Positions 18,630 to 28,301 of a stretch of 64,000 nucleotides of DNA are shown here, one piece after another. The first letter of the stretch is position 1, and the number at the start of each line of letters is the position of its first letter. Source of the DNA: Candidatus Bathyarchaeota archaeon. Lineage in GTDB: Archaea > Thermoproteota > Bathyarchaeia > Bathyarchaeales > Bathyarchaeaceae. The translations under genes were made by a program, and so were the position numbers. The notes under the pieces were generated by a model. The model did not search any database. It had not been told where the DNA came from and saw nothing but the letters and a program-made list of their open reading frames with translations. Where the stretch lies: contig CAVOMX010000022.1 in the NCBI GenBank assembly GCA_963697165.1, positions 1 to 64,000 on the forward strand, written 5' to 3'.

Positions 18630-20045
18630 TTATGTGAGCCATCTTGGCTTTCCTTTAAGGTATTCTGTCAAAAACTTTGCAAAGTCAGGGTACACAGAAT
18701 ACAGTTTCAGGGTTTCGTCGTTCACTAAGACCTCCAATGAATCGGCAGCAGCCTTGGAAACAAGTTCGGCTACGCCATCACGCCTGCCGCCATCTTCTAG
18801 TTTTTCGTTTAGCAGCTTCACAACATCCGTATACCTTCTTTTTACGTCAGCCACCCAGCGTCCCTCTTCTATGCGGGGTCCAGAAACAGTCAAGTTTGCT
18901 CCTGCATGTTTTCGCAAAAAGTTCTCGCATTCCAGTTTCTTTCGTAGAGGTGGACCTAGATGGTGTTTCATGTTTGGAAGGCAACGGTTTTCCACCTCAA
19001 AAATGAATATGCTCACGTTTTTTTCGTTGTTCCAGATGCCATCGCGTAAAATCTTGAAGTCGTGCTGCGTGATGATTTTTCGTATTGCTCTTTGGCTTTT
19101 GTATAATTGCCCCCAGAGAACATCCGGAACTGCTGTTGCGCCCTCAAATTTGATGAATACGATTGTGGAGCCTCGGGCGCTGATTCTTTTGACCAGTTCT
19201 GTGGGGTTTAGGGCTTCTGTTTCTGGTGGGTAAAAGAACTTTATGTCAGGAGTTTTCAAGAATTCTCTGGAGGCGGCGACGAACTCATCTAACTTTCCTC
19301 TTATTACTGCAGCCGCAACGTTTCTTCCCTTGTCCACAGGATCAACCATAACTAATGGTTCTTCAAAGATTTTCTTGGCATCCTCTATTCTGTCGTAATA
19401 TCCTTTCTGGTCTATGATTGTTCTTTCTTTCCAGTTTTCTGCAGACCGTAACACTTCAACAAAGGAGCCGTATTTCAGGACAAGCAGCTCGCAGAGGTAT
19501 CCGCTGAAGCCTCCGACTTTAATTTCTGCTCCGTAAACGTCTACTCCTTTCATGAATCGTTTCAGTAACCGGGCTTCTTCTCCCATTTGTTCATCGAGTA
19601 GTGGCTTGACGTAGTCGGTGTGGAAGGGTGTTCTGTCGGTGGCGCTGACCCACTCGTCCTGTTTTACCCTGTAGCATGGAACAATATTCACCCAAACATC
19701 GTCTATGACTGCTTCAAGGTAGGGGTGTTCTGCGAACCTTTCAATCTGCGTGTAGCCTTCGGTGGCTTTTTTTGCGATTTCTAGGCAGATTGTTCCAAAA
19801 GCTTCTTTGGGGGTTGTTGTTGGGACGCGCATGAATACGTCGATTTCTGGGCAGTCTCTGAGCCACGTGTTTTTAGCCACGGAACCCTCTACCCGAACAT
19901 CAGCTTCTATGCTCTTCTCCTTCGCCGCTTTTTTTACTTTTTCTGTCAACTTTTTGGCTAATGCATGAACCTTTTTTCGTTCGCTTTCGTTGGGGTTGAC
20001 TCTCTTCAGAACCTCGGCGCGTATCTCTTCAAAGGAAGAATTCAC
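18630..20045 (-). CDS. cca: CCA-adding enzyme (archaeal class I)
   Basis: EGSVAKNTWL..EIDVF, AEHPY, SATDRTPFHT, GGFSGYLCELL and DPVD..RNVAAA; start uncertain (GTG 20045 or 20081). Confidence 0.95.
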   Translation of the reverse strand: MNSSFEEIRAEVLKRVNPNESERKKVHALAKKLTEKVKKAAKEKSIEADVRVEGSVAKNTWLRDCPEIDVFMRVPTTTPKEAFGTICLEIAKKATEGYTQIERFAEHPYLEAVIDDVWVNIVPCYRVKQDEWVSATDRTPFHTDYVKPLLDEQMGEEARLLKRFMKGVDVYGAEIKVGGFSGYLCELLVLKYGSFVEVLRSAENWKERTIIDQKGYYDRIEDAKKIFEEPLVMVDPVDKGRNVAAAVIRGKLDEFVAASREFLKTPDIKFFYPPETEALNPTELVKRISARGSTIVFIKFEGATAVPDVLWGQLYKSQRAIRKIITQHDFKILRDGIWNNEKNVSIFIFEVENRCLPNMKHHLGPPLRKKLECENFLRKHAGANLTVSGPRIEEGRWVADVKRRYTDVVKLLNEKLEDGGRRDGVAELVSKAAADSLEVLVNDETLKLYSVYPDFAKFLTEYLKGKPRWLT

Positions 20046-20059
20046 AACAAACCACCATG

Positions 20060-20635
20060 TTACATGTTTTGTTTTCCACAAACCTCTCGTAAATTCGTGT
20101 AAATTGGACCTCTAGGCGTTAAATCACTCTTCTTTAGTCTAAGGCACTCAGCCTTGATGGTTCCAAACTCGTAGTCTTCCAGTTCTAGAATAAGCTCGGC
20201 TAGTCTGGCTTTGTTTCTTCCGGTTCTCACTCGTGCTATCGTCAAATGTGGACTGAAGCCTTTGGTGTCGGGTTTGAAGCCCAGTCCTCTGAGGCGGGGC
20301 TCTAGTTGCTCGAACACGTCTTTTAGTTCGTTTGCGCCTTTTTTGATTCCCGCCCAGACTACTCGGGGATAATTTGGTTTGGGGAAAGCACCTAAGCCTT
20401 CAAGTTCTATCCTAAATGGAGAGAAAGAGAGTTGTTTCATTTCTTCGTAGATGGCGTCAACCATTGACGGTTGTATGTCTCCTAAGAATCTAATTGTCAG
20501 GTGGATGTTCTGGGACATAACCACTTTTAGGTCGGCGCCAGTGTTAGCGAGCATTCCCTGAACCTCCGATAGTTTTCTGATTATTGTTTGGTCTTCGATG
20601 TCAAAGGCAAAGAAGCTTCGGATGGTTCCTGACAT
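20060..20635 (-). CDS. thpR: RNA 2',3'-cyclic phosphodiesterase (2'-5' RNA ligase family)
   Basis: Two 2H motifs HLTIRF and PHLTIAR, plus 'RVVWAG' and 'S.LTP.GPIY'; adjacent to cca. Confidence 0.93.
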   Translation of the reverse strand: MSGTIRSFFAFDIEDQTIIRKLSEVQGMLANTGADLKVVMSQNIHLTIRFLGDIQPSMVDAIYEEMKQLSFSPFRIELEGLGAFPKPNYPRVVWAGIKKGANELKDVFEQLEPRLRGLGFKPDTKGFSPHLTIARVRTGRNKARLAELILELEDYEFGTIKAECLRLKKSDLTPRGPIYTNLREVCGKQNM

Positions 20636-21339
20636 AACAAATCTCTCGTAAACTATCCTGTACTCTTTCATGTGCACCATTTTAATAACTTAATCCATCG
20701 ACTAACCTCTTGATATTTCATTGTTTGAGTCTCAACAATAAAAAAGAGAACTTGACTGAGTTATGGGACTTTAGTTCGCCAAGAGGGAAAGTTGCTCCTT
20801 GGAGCGCCTTGGCGCCAGAACCGAGTTTACGCCAAACCATGTGTTTTGCGCATTTGCGCACGGCGACTCGAGGTTCTGTTGAGCTTCTTCCCCTTTTTGG
20901 CATATTAAAGAAAAATGTGAATTACAGAAATATTTATGCTGTTTTATGTAGATAAAGTTTGTTGCGCTGCTCCTTTTTTGAGTCGGATTCTGAATTAAAT
21001 ATTGTTTAATATATACTATGTATTCATACAAGTTGAATCCAGGAACACAACAAACGTTTCCCAGCGAGTCCTAAGGCGGTTATGTTGTAATGTCTTCGAT
21101 AAAGCGTGTAAACCTTACAACAGCTTAAGGAACTGATAGAAAAAATCAAGCGTAAACTCCAAACCGCTAAACCCCTAAAATAGCGCAGCTCTTCTATCCA
21201 TTGTCTGCCCCCTTTTTTCTCTCAGCCCGTAACAGAGAGAAACTGGTGCTTATGTTTGCGGTTGCCAACAACTGTTTAATAACTTTAACAGAATGATATT
21301 TCGTTAAAGTATTATGTAAGTGCAAATGAGGGGTTTGCG

Positions 21340-21897
21340 ATAAAGGATAAAATCGTTGTGGGCATCGCTGGAATGCCCGGAGCCGGTAAGGGAGTTTTTC
21401 GAAGAACAGTTCAGAGACTAGGCTATCCAGTCGTGACTATGGGAGACGAGGTAAGAGAAGAAGTTAAACGAAGAAACCTCAAGCCAACACCCGAAAACTT
21501 GGGCAAAACCATGCTCAACCTCAGAGAAACAGAGGGACCAGCAGCCATAGCCAAACGATGCATCTCCAAACTGGAGAACCAGCCTCACAGAATAGTTTTT
21601 ATCGACGGCATACGAAGCCTCGTTGAAGTAGACGAATTCAAGATACACTTTCCAAATTTCATTCTAATTGCCATACATGCATCCCCCAAAACGAGGTATT
21701 GGCGCCTATTTCGAAGAAGACGAAGCGACGATCCAACAAACTGGGAAACCTTTATGCAACGAGACCTACGAGAACTTGGAATAGGCATGGGCGCTGTAAT
21801 TTCCGTCGCCAACTACATGATAGTGAACGAGGGAGCTATCGAGCAGTTAAAAGTTAAAACCTTGCAGTTTATGAATAAGGTGCTTGAAAATGAGTGA
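21340..21897 (+). CDS. Archaeal dephospho-CoA kinase-like P-loop kinase (UPF0200)
   Basis: GMPGAGK, MGDEVREE, IDGIRS and RD.REL..GMG; probable ATA start at 21340 (alternative GTG 21358). Confidence 0.88.
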   Translation: MKDKIVVGIAGMPGAGKGVFRRTVQRLGYPVVTMGDEVREEVKRRNLKPTPENLGKTMLNLRETEGPAAIAKRCISKLENQPHRIVFIDGIRSLVEVDEFKIHFPNFILIAIHASPKTRYWRLFRRRRSDDPTNWETFMQRDLRELGIGMGAVISVANYMIVNEGAIEQLKVKTLQFMNKVLENE

Positions 21898-22318
21898 CAT
21901 AATGGTTAATATTGAGGTGCAAGTCAATCCAACCGAAGACCTCAAGAAAGTCAAACGTGCAGTGGAGAACATCTTTGGAGCCGTAACATTTAATGTCAAA
22001 CCAAAAACGTGGGGACAACTGCTCATAGTCAAAACCAGCGGAACTGAAGGATTAACCAAACTATCTAATATGCTTAAACGAGAACAGATTCTTGCGGCTG
22101 CACGAAAAGTCTTCCGCAGCGGAATGGACGACAACTCAGTAACCTTCTACCTAAACAAGCAAGTCGCCTACGCAGAACACATCTCTTTCTCACAGCAAAC
22201 AGCAGAATCTCCTCTAGGACCAATCAAAGTCCAAATCCGCTGCAGCAACCCACGAAAACTGATTGACTGGCTCGCGCCAAGACCCCCAAAACGAATCCCG
22301 CTTTCACACAAAAAATAG
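21890..22318 (+). CDS. UPF0201/DUF54 RNA-binding-domain protein
   Basis: 'VNPTED..KV..AV.NIF', 'LNKQVAY' and 'SPLGPI'. Confidence 0.88.
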   Translation: MSDIMVNIEVQVNPTEDLKKVKRAVENIFGAVTFNVKPKTWGQLLIVKTSGTEGLTKLSNMLKREQILAAARKVFRSGMDDNSVTFYLNKQVAYAEHISFSQQTAESPLGPIKVQIRCSNPRKLIDWLAPRPPKRIPLSHKK

Positions 22319-22334
22319 AAGTGTATAGTCCAAA

Positions 22335-23117
22335 ATGGCTAAACCCGAAATCGGCTTGTCTATGCTCTATTGCCTAAAGGAGCCATTTCCATCTCTTCTG
22401 AAACGTTTAGACAAAGTTGACGTAAAACACGTGGAACTACCTGACGAAGGACTACACGCCCTAAACAAGAGAAGAGCAAAAAAACTAAACGAAATAGCAG
22501 AAACATGTAACCTAACCTTTGTTGTTCATGCACCTTGGGCAGGAGTAAACATAGCAACTCCCAGCCAAGCTTTGCGTCGCGCAGTCCTGAAGCGTCTAAC
22601 ACAATCGATTGTTGTTGCGGGGCAGTTAGGCTGCTACCTGTGGCTGTTTCATCCGGGCTCCAGAACTGGTCTTAGTCCCATTTACCCCGGAAAAGATTGG
22701 CAACTGAATCTGGAGTCTGTCCGCACCTTACTGGATGTCGCTAGAAGAGAAGGCGTTAATGTTGCCATCGAGAATACTCCTGAGCCTTTTCCTTCACTAA
22801 TGAAAAGTGTAGACGACTTTCACAGATTCTACCAAGACCTCAATGACGACATAGGAATGGTGCTAGACGTGGCGCATGCTAACCTGAACAACCAAATCCA
22901 AGAATTCATCAAGCAGTTCTCCAAAAAAATTGTTCACATGCACTTAAGCGACAACAATGGAGACAGTGACCTGCATCTGGGAATAGGACACGGAAACATC
23001 GATTGGACTGTTGTCGCTAAATTGGTTAAAGTGGCAGATTACAACAACCTAATCATGATTGAATCAACAGACCACATCGAAGAAAGCCTATATTTTCTCC
23101 GAGAACTATTCAATTAA
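22335..23117 (+). CDS. Sugar phosphate isomerase/epimerase (AP endonuclease 2-like TIM barrel)
   Basis: VHAP, FHPG, IEN, LDVAHA and HMHLSDN.G..D.HL.IG.G.IDW. Confidence 0.88.
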   Translation: MAKPEIGLSMLYCLKEPFPSLLKRLDKVDVKHVELPDEGLHALNKRRAKKLNEIAETCNLTFVVHAPWAGVNIATPSQALRRAVLKRLTQSIVVAGQLGCYLWLFHPGSRTGLSPIYPGKDWQLNLESVRTLLDVARREGVNVAIENTPEPFPSLMKSVDDFHRFYQDLNDDIGMVLDVAHANLNNQIQEFIKQFSKKIVHMHLSDNNGDSDLHLGIGHGNIDWTVVAKLVKVADYNNLIMIESTDHIEESLYFLRELFN

Positions 23118-24028
23118 TCTTCCGAAAGAGGCAGCTCTAGCTTCAGAAAGTCTTCCGCCAACTCCGTATCAAAAAAAATCTTCTTTGCCTGCTGCAGTAG
23201 CAGGTTCGCGTCTTTGTATCTGGCGCTTATATGCGTCAAAACCAGCCGCTTCACGCCCGCCTCTTTAGCCGTTTCCGCAGCCATGCTCGGAGTTGAATGC
23301 CCATCAGCCATTGCTCTTTCCTTTAGTTCATCTTCGAAGGTGGCTTCATGAATCAGCAAATCAGCGTTCTCCGCCAACTTCACAAGAGCTTCTGATGGTC
23401 CCGTGTCTCCAGTGTAAACAATTTTTCTTCCCGGACGCGATGCACCCAAAACCATCTCAGGCTCCACAATTCTGCCGTCCGAAAGCTTAATAGGCTCTCC
23501 AGATTGGAGTTTTGACCATAACTGTCCTTCAGGAACTCCTAACTCTTTGGCTTTTTTTGTGCGGAATCTTCCTGGTCGCGGCTTCTCTGTCATTGCATAG
23601 GATAAACTGGGATTCATGTGACCGGACTGGATAGCGGTTACCGCATATTCTTTTTCTTCGCAGACCATGCCCTCATCTGTTTCCGAGATTTTGACAGGAA
23701 ATGTGAGCGTGAAACGTACAGTCTGGTTTATTGCCTCTACAAACTCTTTGATTCCCTGTGGTCCATAAATTTCCAGTTCGTTTGTTCTGCCCAAAAGAGA
23801 CATTGTCTGGAGAAGCCCAGGCAAACCCAGAACGTGATCGCCGTGCATGTGGGTAACAAAAATTTTTGCTTTCCGGTGAAAGCCGACTCCTGCCTTTATC
23901 ATCTGCCGTTGTGTGCCCTCGCCGCAGTCAAACATTAGCAGTTCATTTTTTCTTCGGATCGCAACCGCTGACAGTCCCCTCTTGGGTGTTGGGATGCTTC
24001 CGCCTGTTCCCAGAAATGTTATCTGCAA
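23114..24028 (-). CDS. rnz: Ribonuclease Z
   Basis: FLGTGG..PT..R, FDCGEGTQRQ, THMHGDH, YTGDT, HEATF, GHST and THISARY. Confidence 0.97.
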   Translation of the reverse strand: MQITFLGTGGSIPTPKRGLSAVAIRRKNELLMFDCGEGTQRQMIKAGVGFHRKAKIFVTHMHGDHVLGLPGLLQTMSLLGRTNELEIYGPQGIKEFVEAINQTVRFTLTFPVKISETDEGMVCEEKEYAVTAIQSGHMNPSLSYAMTEKPRPGRFRTKKAKELGVPEGQLWSKLQSGEPIKLSDGRIVEPEMVLGASRPGRKIVYTGDTGPSEALVKLAENADLLIHEATFEDELKERAMADGHSTPSMAAETAKEAGVKRLVLTHISARYKDANLLLQQAKKIFFDTELAEDFLKLELPLSED

Positions 24029-24103
24029 ATCTGTCAGTTTGTTCTTCCTCCTGTAAATATATGTTATATTTTGTTTATTTGGTTAAGCCTTCCAAGTTTC
24101 CAT

Positions 24104-25138
24104 TCACGTTCTTTCGAAGACAACTATTTCTCTTGTTAAACTTCTGTGCACATAAACAAAATGGGACTCTAAATGCTTGAACCCCGCCTCTTCAGCTGTT
24201 TCACCAATTCGTATTGTTTCGGGCGATGCCATGCAAATTTTGGCACCTCTGGGTAGCATATCACCCACTGCGGAAAGAAAATCCTCAACGATACGTCTAG
24301 TGTTCGTTCCTAGCGTGCTTGCTGACCTGCCATAAGGCGGGTCTGTGGCAATGCAGTCTACTCCTGATACTGGGGGATAACGGGCATCAGCTATCACCAC
24401 CCCTTCAAGCCTTATTCTATAATGCTTCAAGTTTTTCAGTCCTCCCCGTAGCATGTGAGGTTTCGCATCGAAGCCAACAACGCGGCATCCTATCAGCCCA
24501 GCCTCAACAAGCATTCCTCCTGTCCCACAGAACGGATCAAGCATCAAATCGCCCGTTTTTGGCTGAGCCAAATTCACCATTAGTCTGGCTAGTTTCGCGG
24601 GCATTGCTGTAGGATGAAAGAATGGTTTTCGTCGTGGTCCTCTTTCGGAGAAGGGCTTGGGGATTATTTCGGCTGTCTTTAACCCAAAGATGAAGCGATT
24701 GTCTGTTAGGACTCCAAAAAACGTTTTCTGCGGATTCGACAAATTAACTCTTGATGTCTTAACCGTTTTCAGTATCTGTTCTCCGAGTTTGCGTTCCAAA
24801 TCGACACGAATAAGCTCAGGAGTTACGCCTTCTACTCTTCTTACTCTAACAGCAAAACTCTCATCGCAGATAAACTCGTCTAGAAAATCAGAGCGTATGT
24901 TACCCAAAATGTCGGGGAGACTGGCTTCGCAGTTGAAGATTTCTTGACAGCAAACACGGGTCAAGGCAGACCTCAACCTGATTGGCTCTACACAGTTGGC
25001 TTCTGCCTCAAGACGCAGAACTTGGGTAAGCCTCTCCACAATTCGGTAATCGTAGCCTTCTGCCTTTAGGATAGCCTGTATTTCTGAGACTGGAAGAGTT
25101 TGGTGCTCGCCTGATATCAGAAAGAAAAGTTTTGCCAC
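24104..25138 (-). CDS. THUMP-domain tRNA G10 N2-methyltransferase (Trm11/TrmG10)
   Basis: SGEH, THUMP region, 'PFFHP.AM..KLAR..VNL', DPFCGTGG and TDPPYG. Confidence 0.9.
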   Translation of the reverse strand: MAKLFFLISGEHQTLPVSEIQAILKAEGYDYRIVERLTQVLRLEAEANCVEPIRLRSALTRVCCQEIFNCEASLPDILGNIRSDFLDEFICDESFAVRVRRVEGVTPELIRVDLERKLGEQILKTVKTSRVNLSNPQKTFFGVLTDNRFIFGLKTAEIIPKPFSERGPRRKPFFHPTAMPAKLARLMVNLAQPKTGDLMLDPFCGTGGMLVEAGLIGCRVVGFDAKPHMLRGGLKNLKHYRIRLEGVVIADARYPPVSGVDCIATDPPYGRSASTLGTNTRRIVEDFLSAVGDMLPRGAKICMASPETIRIGETAEEAGFKHLESHFVYVHRSLTREIVVFERT

Positions 25139-25149
25139 GTACTTGGCAC

Positions 25150-26022
25150 CTATCTGGCTAACGCCTGCGCAATCAATGGAGCAAGCGAAACTTTCCTCAC
25201 TGAACTGGGGATGCTGTCTGTGCCAACGATTTCCTCAGCGCCGCTCTCTAGAATCTTGGTTTTTGCCTCGCCTATAAGCAGAGGATGCACACAAGCCGCA
25301 TAGACTCTTCGTGCACCCTGAGTCTTTAGCATCTTTATTGCCCTAGCTATTGTTCCGCCAGTGCTGATTATATCATCGAAGACAATTACGTCCCTTCCAT
25401 CGACGTTGAGACTCTTCTCCTCGACCTGAATCTCGCCTGTATAGCGGTCCCGCTCTTTCTTTAGCCAACCACATCCTCCACCAAGAACCCTGTTTGCCTC
25501 CTTAGCCAACCCTATTGCACCCTTATCTGGAGACAACGAAAAAGCTCCATCCAATCCCTGACCCTTGAAATGCTCAGCCAACAATGTTATTGCAGAAAGA
25601 TTAGCTGTCGGAACCGAGAATCGTTTTAACGTGTTTTCGGCGTGGATATTCACGGTTACAAAACTGTCAACTCCACAAGCTTCGATTAGTTTGACTAAAG
25701 TTTCGCCGCTGATTGACTCGCCAGCCAAAAACCGTTTATCTTGCCTCGCAAAAGCCAAGTATGGCACTACCGCCGTTACCTTTTTTGCTCCAAGCTCCTT
25801 AGCCGTGTCCAGCATCAACAAAAGCTGCATAACATTCGAGTCCTGTGGCGGTCCAGTGGTCTGAACCACAGCAACTTCCTCGCCAGCTACGTCACCCTCG
25901 AAACGCAGACAATATTCTCCGTCAGGAAAGGCTTTGAGACTAACAGGAACAATTCTGACATTCAGGCTTTCAGCTATTTTCGTACCTAAACTCTGAGAGG
26001 CTGGACCCGGAATAACTATCAC
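25150..26022 (-). CDS. prs: Ribose-phosphate pyrophosphokinase
   Basis: FPDGE, PYLAFARQDK, SPDKGA and VFDDIISTGGT. Confidence 0.96.
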   Translation of the reverse strand: MIVIPGPASQSLGTKIAESLNVRIVPVSLKAFPDGEYCLRFEGDVAGEEVAVVQTTGPPQDSNVMQLLLMLDTAKELGAKKVTAVVPYLAFARQDKRFLAGESISGETLVKLIEACGVDSFVTVNIHAENTLKRFSVPTANLSAITLLAEHFKGQGLDGAFSLSPDKGAIGLAKEANRVLGGGCGWLKKERDRYTGEIQVEEKSLNVDGRDVIVFDDIISTGGTIARAIKMLKTQGARRVYAACVHPLLIGEAKTKILESGAEEIVGTDSIPSSVRKVSLAPLIAQALAR

Positions 26023-27299
26023 ATTTTTCCCTTCTGTTTGTATTCTTCCAGCAGCTCTTTTGCCCTGTCCATACGCACCTTACGTTCCGTAACCATCCGC
26101 TCAACAACCATTTCAATCAGCCTTCCTGAGGCTCCGGCTGTAATCGCCACGTTTCGGGCATGGAGAGACATGTGCCCCCTCTGAATACCCTCATGAGCCA
26201 AAGCACGTAGGGCGCCGAGGTTCTGAGCCAAACCAACAGCAGCAATAACCTCTCCCAGCTCGTTAGCTGACTTTACGCCCAAAATCTTCAACGCAACCTT
26301 TGCTGTTGGATGAACCTTTGTTGCTCCGCCAATAAGCCCCACAGCCATCGGCAACTCAATCGAGCCTACTAGGTCGCCGTCGCTGTTTTTCTCCCAATAC
26401 GAAAGAGTGCCATAGTGCCCATTTTTTACTGCGTAGGCGTGTGCTCCTGCCTCTATGGCGCGGTGATCGTTTCCTGTGGCTATGACGACGCCTATTATGC
26501 CGTTTAGTATGCCCTTGTTGTGGGTTGCTGCTCGGTAGGGATCTACAGCAGCAAAATTGTAAGCCTCAACTATTCCGTCGATAACTTCTTCGCCACCCAA
26601 AGCCTCTTTCGTTATAACCGCCCATGCCCTAGCCAAGCGTTTCACGGCAAGGTTCGAGATTATTCGCAGATAGACTCTGCCTCCAGTTATTCTTTCTATC
26701 ATGGGGGCAACTGCTTCAGCCATGGTGTTTACTGCGTTGGCACCCATGGCATCCCTGCAGTCTACGTGAAGTTCTGTTATGACCATTAGACCTGTTTTTG
26801 CGTCTATTACTTTGACTTCTAAGTCTTTGGCGCCGCCTCCAACAGAAACCAGCATTGGGTCTTGATCATTAGCTTTCTTTAGAATCTCCTTTTTGGCTGA
26901 CAGTATCCTCATTTTTGCCGCGAAGGGGTCTTTGATGTCCACGGCTTGTATCTGCCCAATCATGACTGGGTCGGTGCTGCTGGTGAAGAATCCTCCTTTT
27001 TCGCGTGCCATCTTGGCGGCGTAGGTGGCTGCCGCAACAACTGACGGTTCCTCGATTGCCATGGGTATCATGTAGTCTTTGTTGTTGATGAGAAAGTTCA
27101 TGGCTATCCCGAGGGGCAGCGGAAACGTTCCGACCAAGTTTTCTATCATTCGGTCAGCCAGCTCCATTTCCAGGGCGCCGGTTGACTGGAGAATATTTAC
27201 TTCCTGTTCGGTTAAGTCTGCAAAATTTTTAACATGCTTTATCCTCTCTTTTGGAGTTAACTTGTAGAAACCTGAAATCTGAGACGTTTTTTTCATCAT
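26019..27299 (-). CDS. mvaA: HMG-CoA reductase, class II (degradative-type)
   Basis: MIEN, PMAIEEPSVVAA, DAMGANAVNTMAE, RIISNL, RAATHNKG and GIQRGHMSLH. Confidence 0.93.
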   Translation of the reverse strand: MMKKTSQISGFYKLTPKERIKHVKNFADLTEQEVNILQSTGALEMELADRMIENLVGTFPLPLGIAMNFLINNKDYMIPMAIEEPSVVAAATYAAKMAREKGGFFTSSTDPVMIGQIQAVDIKDPFAAKMRILSAKKEILKKANDQDPMLVSVGGGAKDLEVKVIDAKTGLMVITELHVDCRDAMGANAVNTMAEAVAPMIERITGGRVYLRIISNLAVKRLARAWAVITKEALGGEEVIDGIVEAYNFAAVDPYRAATHNKGILNGIIGVVIATGNDHRAIEAGAHAYAVKNGHYGTLSYWEKNSDGDLVGSIELPMAVGLIGGATKVHPTAKVALKILGVKSANELGEVIAAVGLAQNLGALRALAHEGIQRGHMSLHARNVAITAGASGRLIEMVVERMVTERKVRMDRAKELLEEYKQKGKM

Positions 27300-27377
27300 G
27301 ATGCCTCTTTGACAACGCACTCTAGTTAAAGCAAAATGGCATATGAATTTATCTGAGTAACGAAAATTGCTGCTGTT

Positions 27378-27845
27378 TTACACGGTTACAATCTTGTTTG
27401 TAATCGAAAAGGCTACGCGTATCGAAATCTGCTGCTGGATTATAGATTTGATTATGTGCCCAAAGACTGTGGTTCCAATGCTTTCTGCCTTTAATCCATA
27501 AATCGTTGTTTCAAATCTGTTAGCTCGTGGTCTTTGTCCATGAACGCATAAAGGCCAGTTAAGTTTTGGCTAAACGAGAATATCTCATCCAGAACCTTTG
27601 GCAGTTCCTCTTTTTCTTGTTCGGTAATTGGTTGGAAGTGCTTTGCTTCAATTCTTGGGTCTTAAACTGTGCCTTTGGACCGTAATTCAACATGAATCAG
27701 TTTACCCAAATCTAACCGTATAGCACACCTCCACACTCCTTCTTCAAAAGACTTCTGGCATGTCTTTTTCATAGCCGAAGACGCGGCAGTTCAGCTCAAA
27801 ATCGAATGGAGCTTTAGGGTACATGTAAAAATTTTTGGGTGCCAG
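27378..27845 (-). pseudogene. DNA-3-methyladenine glycosylase (AlkA/Ogg1-like) pseudogene, truncated
   Basis: Manual translation: PKAPFDFELNCRVF...GTV*DPRIE...NLTGLYAFMDKD...YGLK...TVFGHIIKSIIQQQISIRVAFSITNKIV*. It has an in-frame TAA and two frameshifts, and the HhH C-terminal half is missing. Confidence 0.75.
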
Positions 27846-27926
27846 CTATTTTTCCTCTCCTGGAACATTTTGCAAACTGTTGTTTTCCCTGAATAAAGGA
27901 ATACAAAAAAGAGGATTTAGATGGAG

Positions 27927-28181
27927 TCACTCGCTCCAAGTTTGATTCGAAAATTCGATTGCGTGTAAAACTTTTTGTTTAAAGTCGCTATCTTCACACT
28001 CGAAAGTATACATCGTAAAGCCGTCAAATGCGAAAAAGTGCATTCTTCCTGTTTGGTAGATTATGTTGGGTTTGGCTATTTCCACCAATTCCAGAAACTC
28101 TTTTCGTTTGAATTTAACTCGATACGAGCTAGTGTGCTGTGCTACTATAGTTGCTGCAGTTGCTCCTCCTGCTACAGCCAT
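27927..28181 (-). CDS. Small hypothetical protein
   Basis: 84 aa ORF with ATG start and GAGG SD-like sequence upstream. Confidence 0.7.
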   Translation of the reverse strand: MAVAGGATAATIVAQHTSSYRVKFKRKEFLELVEIAKPNIIYQTGRMHFFAFDGFTMYTFECEDSDFKQKVLHAIEFSNQTWSE

Positions 28182-28301
28182 CTTTCATCAACCTCAACAT
28201 ACTATATCATCTTTTAGAGCTATAGTTTTTTCCATTATCCACAAAGAAATCAAAAACCTTTAATGCAACTTCTATAAATTGCTGTTTCACCTAAGTTTTT
28301 C

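Noticed and set aside
26019..27299. Class II HMG-CoA reductase as a novelty
   Set aside because: Bacterial-type HMGR is already known in several archaeal lineages such as Archaeoglobus and Thermoplasmatales.
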